Positions 1-13,541 of a stretch of DNA of 64,000 nucleotides are shown here, in pieces. The DNA lies in contig OX597831.1 of NCBI GenBank assembly GCA_951406725.2, positions 58,590,001 to 58,654,000 of the forward strand. The letters run 5' to 3'. Both the position numbers and the translations under genes were made by a program. Source of the DNA: Octopus vulgaris (Eukaryota). Numbering within the stretch: the first letter of the stretch is position 1; every line of letters begins with the position of its first letter. A model generated the notes under the pieces. The model was not told the DNA's origin. It made no database searches and saw only the letters and a program-made list of their open reading frames with translations.

Positions 1-19
1 TTCAGATTTCAACTGCGAC

Positions 20-490
20 ATAACATGAATATCAGACCAAAGATTTCAAAACTAGAAAGGTCTTAAAAATGGCAACATAGTTATCACCCAAAAAAGTGGA
101 GAAAGGGAGTGCGATTGTTATAATGGATGCCGAATATTACTGGGACCTAACTGAAGATCATTTGAAGGATTCCACATACTACTGTGAAATACCCTCAAAT
201 ATTGACCACCGCATCATGAAGAAACTCAAATATATCGTCTCAAAACATTATAACTCCTTCACTCTTAATGAAAGAGTCTATGTTACCAATTTTTAGTCGA
301 AATCCAGCAACGTCTATGGCTTAGCTAGAATACACAAGTCAAAGGAAATGCAAAATGCTATAAAGGAACAAGGTGATGAATACGTAAAACTACTACAGCC
401 AAAAGACCTTAAACTAAGATCCATTATATCTAGAAGAAAGAAAGGTCCGAACAGTCAAAATTCGCGACAAACAAATATAAAGACGAGTGA
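20..490 (+). mobile_element. Penelope-like retroelement RT N-terminal remnant (in-frame stop)
   Basis: Translation EKGSAIVIMD...YY...*SKSSNVYGLARIHKSK...KDLKLRSII matches the PLE RT motifs ADKGxAVVIMD and YGLPKIHK...LRPIV. Confidence 0.8.
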
Positions 491-795
491 TGTTGCATGA
501 AGCTACCAGTAGGTAAACCTGTGACGGAAATCATACGCGTATTTAAACAGTATATGAAAAATAATACAGACACCTGCAGCTCTTTGCGTAAGGTAGTCTG
601 CCGAGAAAATATTAGAGTTTGGGTAAAATGGTTTCTAATGTTTACTAGAACTAAGTACACTCTCCTTTCATGAATTGCATCCCATCATTTGTGAGTCAAT
701 AGATGGACCTGAGGCCTTTTTGTGTTGCAGCAAACCTCCCTGTCTGCAGCATCATCAATACTCCTGTAGTGTAATGTTTGGAGAGTATAGTATGA

Positions 796-831
<36 letters not shown>

Positions 832-1379
832 CAACCCATATTATTAATTTATATATCTTGATAATACTAAAGTTCTAGGGATGTTTCTCTGTACCCAAAG
901 TATCTTAGAAATAGTATATTTTATCTTTTTGCTGCATATCTATTTTCATAAATACCTTCGGCAGTGCAGTACAAATTTTTGTGACATTTGGACCTCTATT
1001 TAGTAATGAAAACGAGTAAACAGGACTTTTGTTCGTCATTTCTTGACGAAAAAATAACATGACCTCCGTGACATTAACACACGTACAGAATACACACACA
1101 CACATAATGAATGTCATGGCCTGTCTATCAACACAAACACACGTCCGCTATCATATACACACATATATACACAAACATATTCTTCGCGCTCTCTGAGAAA
1201 AAAAGAATTCGACTTTTTGACGTACACACTATTTTAATCATTTGGAAATATTTTTAACTGCATGTCATTTCAAAAATATAAGCTATTTGTACAGTAGGTA
1301 TTTATATTTTAGCTTTCTTTAAACAGGCAATATTTTGATGTCATTTTTGAATTATTTTCAAGTCGTTAATTTCCGTAAT

Positions 1380-1800
1380 TTTTTTTTACTTATTCACTGT
1401 GGTTTTAAAGTGAAAGAGATGAGAAATTGAACGATGTATGTGAAATAGAGAAAGAGAGAAAGAGATAGAGAAAGAGAGAGAGAAAGAGAGAAATAGAGAG
1501 AGAGAGAAGGAGAGAGAGTGAGTGAATGGGTGTGTCGTCATGTATACGTACATACATCGATACATATGTGTACATCTTTTTTTATGTTCGTGTGCATACG
1601 TGTGTAAGTGTGTCCGTGGGTGTGTATGTGTGCGTGTGTGAGAGAGAGTGAGTGAACGGGTGTGTTCTCATGTATGTATAAATGGCACTCTATCTCGCTC
1701 TCTCTCTCACACACACATACATCTGTTTTATATATACGTTCATACATCATTCACTTTCTCCTGTCTTTCACTTTAAAACAAATGTGAATAAATAATTTTT
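1380..1800. mobile_element. MITE-like element with ~60-bp imperfect inverted ends around GA/GT microsatellite
   Basis: TTATTCACTGTGGTTTTAAAGTGAAAGAGATGAGAAATTGAACGATGTATG (~1390-1440) is the imperfect reverse complement of ~1741-1795. Confidence 0.45.
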
Positions 1801-2074
1801 TTTGATTGAAATCATCGAACAAAATCAGCTGATCTGGATGACATCTCTGAGAGTCAGAGTGACACAGCTGAGAGTTAAAGCGAAAGATCGCTCCAAGGGC
1901 ATGTCATTACAAAAAATGTTTCGAGTATCTCAGATTTAAATATTTGGCTGCTATTTCTAGCACGCCTACTACCAATGTAACAGTTATTTGCGATAAAGGA
2001 CCCGAAATACCAGTTACGTGGTAGCATGGCTTGCAAGAAATAGCAGCCAATTTTTTCCCTTTTTCCGAGACTTT

Positions 2075-3102
2075 TGCTAAGACTGACACGAAATCAGAAG
2101 GAGCAGGCCATCGCACATCTTCATGCTGGTCAACGTCCATGAGTCATTTCCAATGACTTGAACTGCAGTATTCGAACAATTGAGCGGCTAGGGGAACGAT
2201 ACAATGCCACAAACAGCACGGATGATCGGCCACACAGTGGCCGACTGAGGTTTACGACGGCACATCAAGATCGCCGCCTACACTTGTAGGACCGATTCCG
2301 GAGTGCAACGGAATCATCTAGGCAGACCATATGGAATAATCACAGACCTGTGCGTGCAGAGACAGTTCGCCGCCGGCTGAGATGTTTCAATCTGTCTTGT
2401 TGACGTCCGGCTAGAGGTCCCATCCGCACAGACGTTCATCGACGGGCACATCTGCAGCGGGCTCAGAAACATTAGAACTGGCAATATCAGCAGTGGAGAA
2501 CTGTAGTCTTTTCTCACGAAAGTTGATATTGCTTTTCTTTGGGAGATGGCTGAGTTAGGGTTTGGAGAAGAGGTGAACGTCCATGCTGATGGCTGTGAGG
2601 TGAAGAGAGACTCGTGGGGGAGGAGAGAGCATCTTGGTATGGGGCGGGATTGCACTCAACCAGAAACTTGGACCGTTGGTTTTCATAAAGCAGCAGCCGA
2701 AGCCGGGCTGATGGAGTAACCGCTGCTCACTGCATCAACCAAGTTTTGGGGCCTCACATTCTGCAATAATTTGCCCGTCGTCAGAATTACGTGTTCCAAC
2801 ACGACAACGCCGGTGCCCATGCTGCCAGGTTGACAACAGGATTCCTCCAACAGCACAGCATCCAGGTACCGCTATCTCCTGCACTAAGTCCGGACTTGAT
2901 TCCCATAGAGAACTTGTGAGACGAGATCCAAAGAAGGCTAAATGGCATCCGTCCATGGTTGACAGTAGCAGCAGAACGCTGTGCAAATTTTAACTGTGTG
3001 TGGGCTGCTATCCCCATGGCCTTCATCAATGGTTTGGTGAATTCAATGTACACAAGATGCCTGGCCGTAATCAATGCTAACGGTGGTCACACGAGATATT
3101 GA
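2075..3102 (+). mobile_element. Tc1-like transposase pseudogene
   Basis: Frameshifted translation: RLTRNQKEQAIAHLHAG...DDRPHSGR..TTAHQDR (HTH), FSHES, FQHDNAGAH, PALSPDLIPIENL, ending GGHTRY*. Confidence 0.9.
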
Positions 3103-3316
3103 ATGAGTCTGTTTGTATCCAAGACACTCCATCATCAACTGACAACCTGTGGCGTCAAACATGTTTCAGGAAATTACATTTTACCATTAGGAAAGAACGG
3201 TTTCTTAATTAATACTCTTCAATCAATGCCATGGTAGCATGGCAGTCTGTTAATAAACTATCTACTATTTAGTATGCTTGCGACATTTCTTTCGTAGTTC
3301 AGTATATATACATACA

Positions 3317-3360
<44 letters not shown>

Positions 3361-3538
3361 ATATTATTTATATTTATATCAAGAGAGTGAGAGAAAAGGG
3401 GAGAGAGAAAGATAGAGTGTGAGGGACAGAACGGGACAAAAGCCCTAATGGCAATATCTGAGAGAGCGGAATTGTGTTCCCGCAGTCTCTGGTCAAAGAG
3501 GTACAAAAACAACCTCCATACCGTTTGAAGGTTATGCG

Positions 3539-3622
<84 letters not shown>

Positions 3623-3639
3623 TTACTCACAAAAGGAAT

Positions 3640-3950
3640 TGCAGCCGGGAAGGTATTTATAAGAACCCCTTTAAAAACATACAGAAACCGTTACATTGAC
3701 TTCAACAATTAAATTTAATTTGCCAAAAATATTTTCGTCGCTTTGAGACCGAAACCTGTTCACTGACAAAATGTTGTGGTACACCGACCGACATAACTAT
3801 TTTGGCAAATTAAATTTAAATGTTGAGGTGAATCTAACGGCTTTTTCATGTTTTTAAATGGCTGATAAATACCTTCCACGCTGCCATTGTTTTTCTTTCA
3901 GTACACGATCTCAGATTAGGTCACTTGCTATGCAAGTACATCTCCGTAAT
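3640..3950. mobile_element. Foldback element (G3-C8 hammerhead family), internally deleted copy between (TA)n tracts
   Basis: ~90-bp inverted arms; homologous to 16760-17107 including the unpaired 3' tail; minus-strand GTGAACA...GCGACGAAAATATTT at ~3719-3771 with damaged stem II. Confidence 0.7.
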
Positions 3951-4129
3951 ATATATATATACGTATGTATGTATGTATGTATGTATGTATGTATGTATGT
4001 ATGTATGTATGTATGGATGTATGTATGTATGTATGTATGTATGTATGTACATAGAGAATATGATGTCGCACAGCCGACAGGACAAGATCATAAATCTTCC
4101 AACGGGATTGCATGACATTATATAAATAG

Positions 4130-4620
4130 ACATTTTCATGGAAAAAAATTAGGAATAGATTTAGAATTTCAATTTGTTTCCTTGAAATATGGTTACAAAT
4201 AAATTCTGTTTGAAATAAACTAAGTAGATATGAAAGGATACTGTTATGAAGTGGTGTAACATTTTCAACTTGTAATTAATCGATTCTCAGAAAATGCTGC
4301 AGTTCCTGTCTCTCAAATCCAAAACATATTGAGGCAATAATATTGTCCCATGTTTCTAAATATCTTTGAAGTAATCTATATGATAATTCTATGTACTTTA
4401 AAAGAGGTTCCAGTAAGGCCTATATAACGTTTTATAGTTCTGTGTCTACAAGTTTTCATTCATGTGGATAAAATATTGGCTTGCTGCAGTTTTATAGAAA
4501 TGATATATTTTAATATTTCCTGTATGAAGAATTTCTGTTGTTCCCAGTTATGTTTGTAGCAAGGTTTTGGATATAATCGTAGGTAACTTAGAAATTATTG
4601 TAACTGAAATCGTTGTTATA
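4130..4620 (-). mobile_element. Degenerate GIY-YIG endonuclease of a Penelope-like element
   Basis: Minus strand reads NYKRYIGLTGTSFK...YVLDLRD...HENVYL, resembling the PLE motifs YIGLTExxFK / YIWELKD / HENKFLL. Confidence 0.55.
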
Positions 4621-5265
4621 AGTATCGTTGTTAAATGCTTGCACATATAATAAGAGAAGTTAGCTTCCGTATTGGAGGAGAGATTGAAATTGAAGTGGAA
4701 TTGAGAGTAATAATACTTACCTGTTTTTATAATATGACACGGACTGTATCATATTTTTCTTTGAATCTGCAACCTCACGTATTCACAACTATCAACGCAG
4801 CATTTCAAATCGCAAGCTTTTCCCCCGGAAAACACTTATACCCACCTGGGCTGCTGACCCTGTACAAAGATTAAACATAGCTTAAATTAGATTCCTTCTC
4901 GTTCGGGATGATGATGGCTCTTACAAAATAAAGCAGATAATTTGCAAATGATCATACGCCAATATGACATGCTACAACACAAGCGGTTGCGTGCACCTTT
5001 TCTCACTTTCCTCATTATTCCAATGGCGTATATTCCTCTCAGATCTCAAGTTTCAGAGATCCTTTAGCTCAACAAAAGAATGATCAAAAATATTGTCAAG
5101 AGAAATTACATTTCGCTGGTTTATGCAATCTCGACATAATTGACACCGAGATTTCCCAAAATCTTACTCTTTTATAAATGTTTATAATACTTATTTTTAC
5201 GATACACGAAAATTCTACCGCAGGAGGAACTGAAGTTAGAAAGAAATAAGATAAGAAAGCAACTA

Positions 5266-5320
<55 letters not shown>

Positions 5321-5579
5321 AAAGAATAGAATGTTTCGAATGGTACAACAATGCACTATAATAAAGACAATGGGCTGTATACCTGTTGTAATTTAGTCCT
5401 CCATAATCTGATATGATATTTTGTAATATTGTTCCGAAATATCCTTCGAAACTTTTCATTCTTTACAAACAATACACAACGGCGGTGCATCAGCATGGCC
5501 GCAGCTCTGAGCTGAAACTAGAGAAAAGATAATGCTTCAAGCGAACTACAATACTCTCATATATAAATATATATATACA

Positions 5580-5710
5580 TACTTCATTTTGGGATTTGGT
5601 TTGCAAGATTCTTTATGCGAATTCGTGTGTTGAAGTATATTTTGTTGTGTCTGGGAAGTGACATTTTCCTTTGGTGCCTTATTCTTTAACACACGCAGGG
5701 ATAAAGTCTC
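5580..5710. repeat. Partial copy of the 11910-12280 foldback family, between (TA)n tracts
   Basis: GGATTTGGTTTGCAAGATT...TTCGTGTGTTGAAG...TGTTGTGTCTGGG shared with 11930-12010. Confidence 0.6.
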
Positions 5711-5722
5711 CACGTTACATAT

Positions 5723-5753
<31 letters not shown>

Positions 5754-5999
5754 AAACTTACTTGGAAAACGATGTGCGGCGTTCGATCATATAATAATAT
5801 AAATAATATATAAACATATGCATATATAAATACATATTTGTACATACCTACATATGCATATATACCTTTACAGTTTCACTATTCAACACTCCCCATCTTT
5901 TAATTATTTCATTTAACCATCAATTTCTTTTATTCACCCGACTTCCTTCTTTTTTTATATACTCAGTTTCTTTTCTTTTTAGGGTCTACTTTTAAGAAT

Positions 6000-8650
6000 T
6001 CAGTGTTCTTCTTTTTCGTGTGGATTTGACTTCTTGAAACGGTGTTGGAACATGAAAAGTGTCATATAGCCAACCCATAGGTATTTCTACTCTTGTTGGC
6101 TTCTATTCTATGACTCCTTCCTTAAACTGAATTTTATATCTCACTTCCATTTCATTTCTTCTTCTTTCGCCATACATCATTCTTCCTATGCATGTTAAAA
6201 TTTCACCTTCTTCCTAGTATTGCTTGTCGCTTTGTACATTCTTACATATACCTTAACACCGATTCTAAAGAATGTAGACAGGTGTTTATTAACACGTATT
6301 TTTTCTTCACTGGTTACTGTTTATCGAATACTGACTTCACCTCTCAGGCAAACATTAATTCTGCGGCTGAACGTCCTTCTGGCGCATTTGGGTTCAGATT
6401 TACACTGTATACCCTTAAGAATTGTCGGATCTCGCCCTCGTCCGTGGCTTAATTATTAGCTTTCTTTAAAGCTCTCTTAAATGTGTCCATGAAACAGTTC
6501 GATGTAGGGTGAATCGATGCTATAGTTTTATGTTGTAACGGGAGCATCTAGGAGAATCGTTTAAACTCACATAACATAAACTGTGTTCTGTTACCAGGAA
6601 CAATTATATCCGCTACACAAAATCTTGCGAACAACAGGTGTAAGACCTCTATGACTGTATATGAGGTTGGTCGTTCACATCTCGCTAACTCAGGCCATTT
6701 TGTTTAGCTGTCCGCTACTATTAAGCAATAATATCCATATACCGGGCCTACAAAATCGATATGCAATCGGAACCATGTTATTTTCACTTCCGGCCAAGGC
6801 TCACATTTTTTAGTTGGTAGTTTCGTTGCCAGTCCACATCACCTGCAGCCTTTTACGAGGTTTTCAACTTTCTTGTCCATTCTTGGCTAGTATACGAAAT
6901 TTCGCATCAGCGGTTACATCCTAGAGATACCTGGATGTCCCACATGATACTCTTTTAGCATTCTCCTCTGTAATGTCTATTGAATGGCCACCATCTAAGC
7001 GTACACCATCACATATAGAGTGCATGTTCACATCTTGGCGGTTCTTTGCATCAGACCTTTCTTTATTTCCTTTTGTCATCACATTTTTTTTGTCGTCTCA
7101 TTAATAAATTTGTCCTTTCTCGCATTTATTTTTATTTTTCCCAAAGTTACTCGTAGCTCATGCACGATGTCCACATCACTTGTTTGTTTCCGCTTCCGCT
7201 GTTAGTGCTGTTATAACGGTGTCCTCCAGAATTAGCCTAGACAGAACATTGGCATGCCCCAACTTTGGTGAAAGCTAATCAGAATGGTATTCCACTGCTG
7301 CAGTCTTTTTGCCGTATGCGTTGGGATTCCTTTCTTGGATCCGTATATCATTATTAAATGTCTATGGTCCGTTTGCAAGCAAAAAACGTCTGCTGTGAAT
7401 GAACGTGTGGAACCTTTTCACACCAAATATAATAGCCAGCGCTACATTTTCAATCTGGCTATAACTCTTTTCCGTCGGTAATAATGTCCTTGATGCGTGA
7501 GCTATGGCCTTTCTCCTACCATCGTTATCCCATACTCGCTTGCATCTGTAGCTAGTATTATCTCAAACATTGGGTCAAAATTCATAGGAAACAAGTCTGA
7601 AGTTAACACATCTTTTAACTCGTTAAATGCTTTCTCTGTCCCAACCCATTTGGCATTTTTTGTTAATAATTCGTTAATCGGTGACTTTCCGATATGTATA
7701 TTTTGGAGATGCACTTAGTAATAAGTTACCAAGCCTAGGAACGTTTGTAGCATTGTTACGTTCGTCGGGTGCGGCATATTTCGTGATGCTGTCGCCCTTG
7801 ATGGGTCCGGTCTGCCTTCACTGTCGTCGATTAATTGAACTAGGTATTCTATTTTTCCCATAAAAAATTCACATTTTTCTTCTGTCAGTTTTAGCCCGTA
7901 TTTACCTATTTTCTCGAATACCTTCTTTATGTATTCGACGTGTTGCACCCGAGACCCGCTCTTTATCAAAATGTCATCGAGGTATGCGATGGCGGAGTCG
8001 CCATCACTTAACATCGCATACGTTACTTTTTGGAATATGGCAGTTGTTACTTTTACTCCAAACGGCAGTCGCTTGAACTTGTACAATAGACCCTGCGTGT
8101 TGATTTTTAGTAGATGTGTGCGATATTCTAACTGAATTTGAAGGTACGCGTCCGAGAGGTCTAACTTCGAGAAAATTTTCTGTCTTTTTAGTTTAACTAA
8201 TATTTCTTCTGGACTTAGTATTGTGTAATTCTGTGTGAGTAAACAGTCGTTTAATCCGGTTCAGCAGTCTGCGCATGCTCTTAGCTTATCATTATTTGTT
8301 TTACGTAGACCACCGGTGCTGCCCAGTCTGCATGGTCAATCTTTTCAAATTTATCCAGGCTTTCCAAGCTTTCTAGTCCTTTATTGACTTGGTCTACCGC
8401 CGCATACGGCAGGTTCCATCTGGGCTTAAAAATAGTTGTTGAATTTTCTTTGATAGCAACTCTTGCATTTGTTTTTGTGCAATAGCCTAAACCTTCGGAA
8501 AAAAAACTTTTTGGAAAATTTCATTTTGTGTATCAATTCATGGACCTCGTTCGATCATTTGACTGCTTCGTTTACATTATTGCACAAAATGCTTATGCGT
8601 GTATCGCATGAATTTAATTTCTCCATATATTTGGTGCCAAATAAATTCGT
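6000..8650 (-). mobile_element. Ty3/gypsy LTR-retrotransposon pol remnant (RT, RNase H, integrase), degenerate
   Basis: RT YKFKRLPFGVK...AYLDDILI; RNase H IILATDASEYG; integrase HVGHPGISRM, WFRLHIDFVGP, DTFKRALKK; order RT-RH-IN; stops and frameshifts. Confidence 0.92.
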
Positions 8651-11600
8651 GGATTTTTCAACATATAAACGTTCACTTTTTGGGTTAAAAAAATGTAATA
8701 TAAATATGATATAAAGAGAAGTCAACATAGTTAAAGACTCAATATTGCATTTTTGAGCTACTTATGTATACACAAAAGATAGGAAAGAGCATTAAAAGCC
8801 AACAACTTATCAGAATCGAAAGAACCCCTTCCGAACCATACATACTTAATAATAAACTATTGAGTTCTTTTTCATATTCTAAAATAGTTTTTAACTTAGT
8901 AAATTTCTTTATATTCATAAACCAACTGAAATCAATTCTTAACAAGCGCCGAATCGATTTCATCAGTTTTGCAAAAGAAATAGTTGACCATTATTAGAAC
9001 GATTTCTGGTCATATAAAGAATATGAATACTGACCATTCCGTGCTATCTTCGAAATATAGCCTGCAAACGATTTAATTCCATTTTTATGTCTAAAGATAG
9101 TAAAGATATGTCATATATCGGACCAGACATTTCATAAATTTTATGACTCGTCCACTTAATTCAGATACACAAAGAAGCCTACAAGAAAATCTCGATGCAT
9201 AAAATGACCAGACGGCTGTAAGTACAGATTTATTCACAAATATATTTATCGCGCTAAATTCAGAAAATATATATAGCGTGTTAATTTAAACACATAGCGT
9301 TCGCTGTTTACCAAATTTTCTGCAGTATATAATAGGACAGCCGATGCTAAATGATATGTTAAAACAGTTTGGCAAAATGAAATATAGCTGTAGAGAAGAC
9401 CGATTGTCAATATTACTTGCTGCATTAATTCTAAAGCCATACTATTTAATGTGCATAGAGACGGGATGTACCAAAAATGTTAAAACATTACAACCAATGC
9501 TTTATAAATTGCCATCGATTACGTCAGATTAGTTTTCTCTTTTATCTTTTGTGTATCGCGGCTAACTATACTACAAAGTTAGAGTAAGACGCAAATATGT
9601 TCAGATGCAAGGTGGTATATCTACTGCGGTTAAACATAATCTAAACAGCTTTTCACCTAATGATAAACAGCTTATTTACCGATACTTATTCACGAACATT
9701 TTGCAAAGAAAATCGGCAAACCCGGTTTTACTTCCTGTCTCTTCCCGCAATATTCTTCTGCTCTTCTGCTGCTCTCAAACTGCAAACTATGAATCTTCTT
9801 CATCTTAATCAATTAATTCATTCTCGTCTGCAGTCATCTTTTTTCCTGCAATACAGTACCAAATCTCACATTAATTATCTTGTAGAATCATTTATAATTA
9901 TAAACGAGGCTTTCTATAATTTGCTCTCTAGTTTGGATTTCCGTACAAGAATTATCACGAACACACAGTAATTACAACTATTTAGCCAATTTGAGCGAGT
10001 TCCCCCACGGATGTTTAAGCTGTCGAAATGCATCCCCTGACAAATCAACATTCCACATTAAAAACGAAAATGTATATTTCTTAGTGCACATTTATTTCTC
10101 TTTCTCTTTTCTCTGTCTTGTCTCTTTCCTCTCTTGTCTCTTTCTATCTAAGAGCATAATTTTACATGCATTTAACTACGTAAATCTATTTATGTGGAAC
10201 ATATTTTTCACAGCATTATAACACTCAGACTAACATTATTTACAATTAATCTTAATATAATTAAGCATATTGAATAGTCTGTGCGATAAAACCTTGAGCA
10301 AAATCAAATTCATCTACGACTGAATTAATTTAACTATTGAAGCAAACAATTAGTTAGCTATTAATGCGTCATCTTGTACTAATTAACTCGAAAATTCAAG
10401 TAAAATCACAGACTACTTTCAACTGAAACATTCAAATCATTTGTGTTGGCTGTAAATCACGGGAGTAATTATTAGCAGATAATTAACAGAACAATGTTTT
10501 AGTTTCTTGAAATATCTTAAGATGACTTGATTGAACTGTTTAAATTTATACAAATCAATCAACCAATCAATCAATACTGAATCGATATTTCGTATGACTA
10601 CTGCAGAGAAACAGAAATTCTGATAAAATGATTCCGTCATAAGATGATATTGCCCCTGTGGCATGTTTATATCTGTATCACTAGACCATAATTCCATGCA
10701 TATTTTTCCAGATTTGTTTCCGAATATTCTCTCTACAGTTACTTGAAGCTAATCTCATTTTACGATTTCAATGGAGTTTATTTCCCAGATTAAGTATAAC
10801 ACACTAGCTTTCTATATTTAAATTGAATCTGAAATATTACTACATTGTTAAATAATGTCTGGCTTAAAGAAAAATCGATGACTAACGATATTAGGAAACT
10901 ACGGTAATTCTATTGATGGGATGTATGAAGAGCTGAAATAATCCTATTGAATTGCTGGTACTATTGAAACCACTCGAGATTATTAGTAAAGATAGTTCCT
11001 ATATTTATTTATAAATGTATATGTATATCAGCAGGAGAGTTATAACAACTATTAATTTTTGTGTATACTTCAATTACAAAATATCTAATTCTGGTAAATA
11101 TGTATTTTTAGATATATAGTTTTTATTATTCAATCGGTGTGGAAAGAGAATATCTTTGAATTTGATGGGATGTATGTATCCATGGTCCACTAGAACGTTT
11201 ATAGATTGATGGGAAGTGAAAGTTAATATTGGCGTCGTATATTCATATGAGGAATTACAATATATATTGATATATCATGTGTCATTTAAATCTCGAAAAG
11301 ACGGTGCTAGACACTAGCTAAATATTGCATATATTGTCCAGTGGTTGATGGCAAGAATCTTGGAAAATCCGTTATATGTATTTTTTATGTGGATGGATGG
11401 ATGGAATATAATGTTTTTGTGTATTAGGTAAGGGATCGTTAAATGCTTTTCTGGCTATGCTGTAAATATAATAATAATATGAAAGGTGTCATGGAATGTT
11501 GTAAGACACTGATGTATAGTTCAAGCATTTTTAAGACATCGGTGGTTTATTTATTGTTGTTCACGTGTAAACAAAGACGTATGGCAAAATATTTTATAAC

Positions 11601-12078
11601 TGATGCATGCAATATAAGCTAGATTCTTAAAAACGGTGGATTCAGCGAACGTTTAATCTACGATGCATAAAGACTATGTCCACTCGAGGAAAATTATGTT
11701 AAAATGAAGAGTAATATCTACAGAGGAAATGATGTTATCACTAATTACATGAAGTTCGTCGGTTTAGAAAATGATCAAAACTGCTGTAGACTATAGTAGA
11801 TATTTGTCCTATCTAGGCCTATGAAATACATTCAACTTAACACATGCTTTCACGATACAGACTCAGAGGAAACTTCTAAGCAAACAACTAAGATTATTTT
11901 TTGGAGGTTTATATAAAACATTTCGTTTTTGGATTTGGTTTGCAAGATTATTTATATGAGTTCGTGTGTTGAAGCATATTCTGTTGTGTCTGGGGACAGT
12001 CATTTTCTTTTTGTGTCTTAACTTTTTGTGTCTTTAACTCACCGTTAAAATTTCCACTTATTTCTTATTTTTATTTTC

Positions 12079-12115
12079 CTAAAATTTTCGTTGCGTCTTG
12101 CAACCTTTTCAATAG
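12079..12115 (-). ncRNA. Minimal hammerhead-ribozyme fold, U3-A8 core variant
   Basis: CUA-UUGAAAA-G-GUUGC-AAGAC-GCAAC-GAAA-AUUU-UAG: stem I CUA/UAG, perfect 5-bp stem II, palindromic AAUU stem III. Confidence 0.65.
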
Positions 12116-12137
12116 TTTTGAATATTCAAGAGACAAG

Positions 12138-12176
12138 TCTATTGAAAAGGTTCCAAGACGCAACGAAAATTTTAGA
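12138..12176 (+). ncRNA. Mirror copy of the U3-A8 hammerhead fold (one stem II mismatch)
   Basis: UCUA-UUGAAAA-G-GUUCC-AAGAC-GCAAC-GAAA-AUUU-UAGA. Confidence 0.55.
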
Positions 12177-12419
12177 AAATAAAAATAAGAAATAAGTGGA
12201 AATTTTACCGGTGAGTGTGTTATATTATAAGACACAAAGAGAAAATGACTCTCTCCAGACACAACAGAATAAAACATATTGCTTTATATAAAACATATTG
12301 CTTACTTGTATGCCAAAACTCATCACATTTACTGGTGAGAGTACAGTTGAAATTTCATGAATATTTTAACAACGTTAAAACGGTCAATACAGTTTACGCC
12401 ATTCCATACATTTGGAATG

Positions 12420-12426
<7 letters not shown>

Positions 12427-12498
<72 letters not shown>

Positions 12499-12511
12499 GA
12501 GAGAGAGAGAG
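12427..12511. repeat. (GA)n microsatellite
   Basis: Direct reading. Confidence 0.95.
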
Positions 12512-12828
12512 AAAGAGCAAGAAAGAGAGAAATAGTGTAGGTAATTCTGCAATGTGTTCTATTTAAGTCAATGAAACATTATAGCCAGAATTATTTTCTT
12601 GCTGAGAGAATATTTCTTACTTGCATTACGTTCAAATAAATTACTCAACAGATTAAGGAATACTAAACAAATCCACCTTTGGACGTGTTTTAATATGTCG
12701 TGTATACATACACACCCAAACACGCACACACATACCTACACACACACATACATACATACATATATAAATATATGTATATATATATATATATATAATGAAA
12801 ATAAGCAACAAGAATGACTCCGGTAATT

Positions 12829-12912
12829 TGGTACAATTGTTTCGCACTACATCATTTTATTAAAAGTTGTAAGTATTACAACAGATTTAAGATGCTGAGT
12901 GCTCATCAGCCA
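12829..12912 (-). ncRNA. Hammerhead-ribozyme fold, canonical core, enlarged stem-loop II (left arm)
   Basis: UGG-CUGAUGA-GCACU...AGUGC-GAAAC-AAUU-GUA-CCA. Confidence 0.75.
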
Positions 12913-13241
12913 GTTATATAGGTTTTCCATTAATATAAAAGCTTTCAAATCAAGTAGCAACATTATAGAGAAGGTAGATATACAGACAAAGATGTAGATT
13001 TAAATTTTAAGAACATATGAGGTAGTGAAGTCCAACCACTGACTGACCAAGCTATGGCTGTATCTAACTGCCTAATTTTAGATACAGTTAGATACAGCCA
13101 TAGCTTGGTCAGTCAGTGGTTGACTTCACTACCTCATATGTTCTTAAAATTTAAATCTACATCTTTGTCTGTATATCTACCTTCTCTATAATGTTGCTAC
13201 TTGATTTGAAAGCTTTTATATTAATGGAAAACCTATATAAC

Positions 13242-13325
13242 TGGCTGATGAGCACCCAGCATCTTAAATCTGTTGTAATACTTACAACTTTTAATAAAAT
13301 GATGTAGTGCGAAACAATTGTACCA
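13242..13325 (+). ncRNA. Hammerhead-ribozyme fold, canonical core, enlarged stem-loop II (right arm)
   Basis: TGG CTGATGA(13245-13251) GCAC...GTGC GAAAC(13311-13315) AATT GTA CCA; palindromic stem III ACAATTGT, GUA cleavage triplet. Confidence 0.75.
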
Positions 13326-13456
13326 AATTACCAGAGTCATTCTTTTTGCTTATATTGATTATAATCACCCCGCAATTTTTTATGGATAACACCATACAAA
13401 ATTCTGGCGCATCTAAATTAAGTACCATATTCATTCGAATCTAAATTTTTGCTGAA

Positions 13457-13498
<42 letters not shown>

Positions 13499-13541
13499 CA
13501 TGTATACATATGTATACATATATACATTATATATAAACAAG

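Larger units (their letters stand above)
11910..12280. mobile_element. Foldback element with ~140-bp inverted arms (U3-A8 hammerhead family)
   Basis: 11978-12115 is the imperfect reverse complement of 12139-12270. Confidence 0.8.
12791..13363. mobile_element. Near-perfect ~570-bp palindrome (foldback, probable inverted PLE terminal repeats)
   Basis: ~280-bp arms (12791-13070 and 13085-13363) with only a few differences, 14-nt spacer; abuts (TA)n. Confidence 0.92.

Noticed and set aside
10850-11560. Possible CR1-like LINE remnant on the minus strand (MDTYIPS...)
   Set aside because: Similarity too fragmentary to call by eye.
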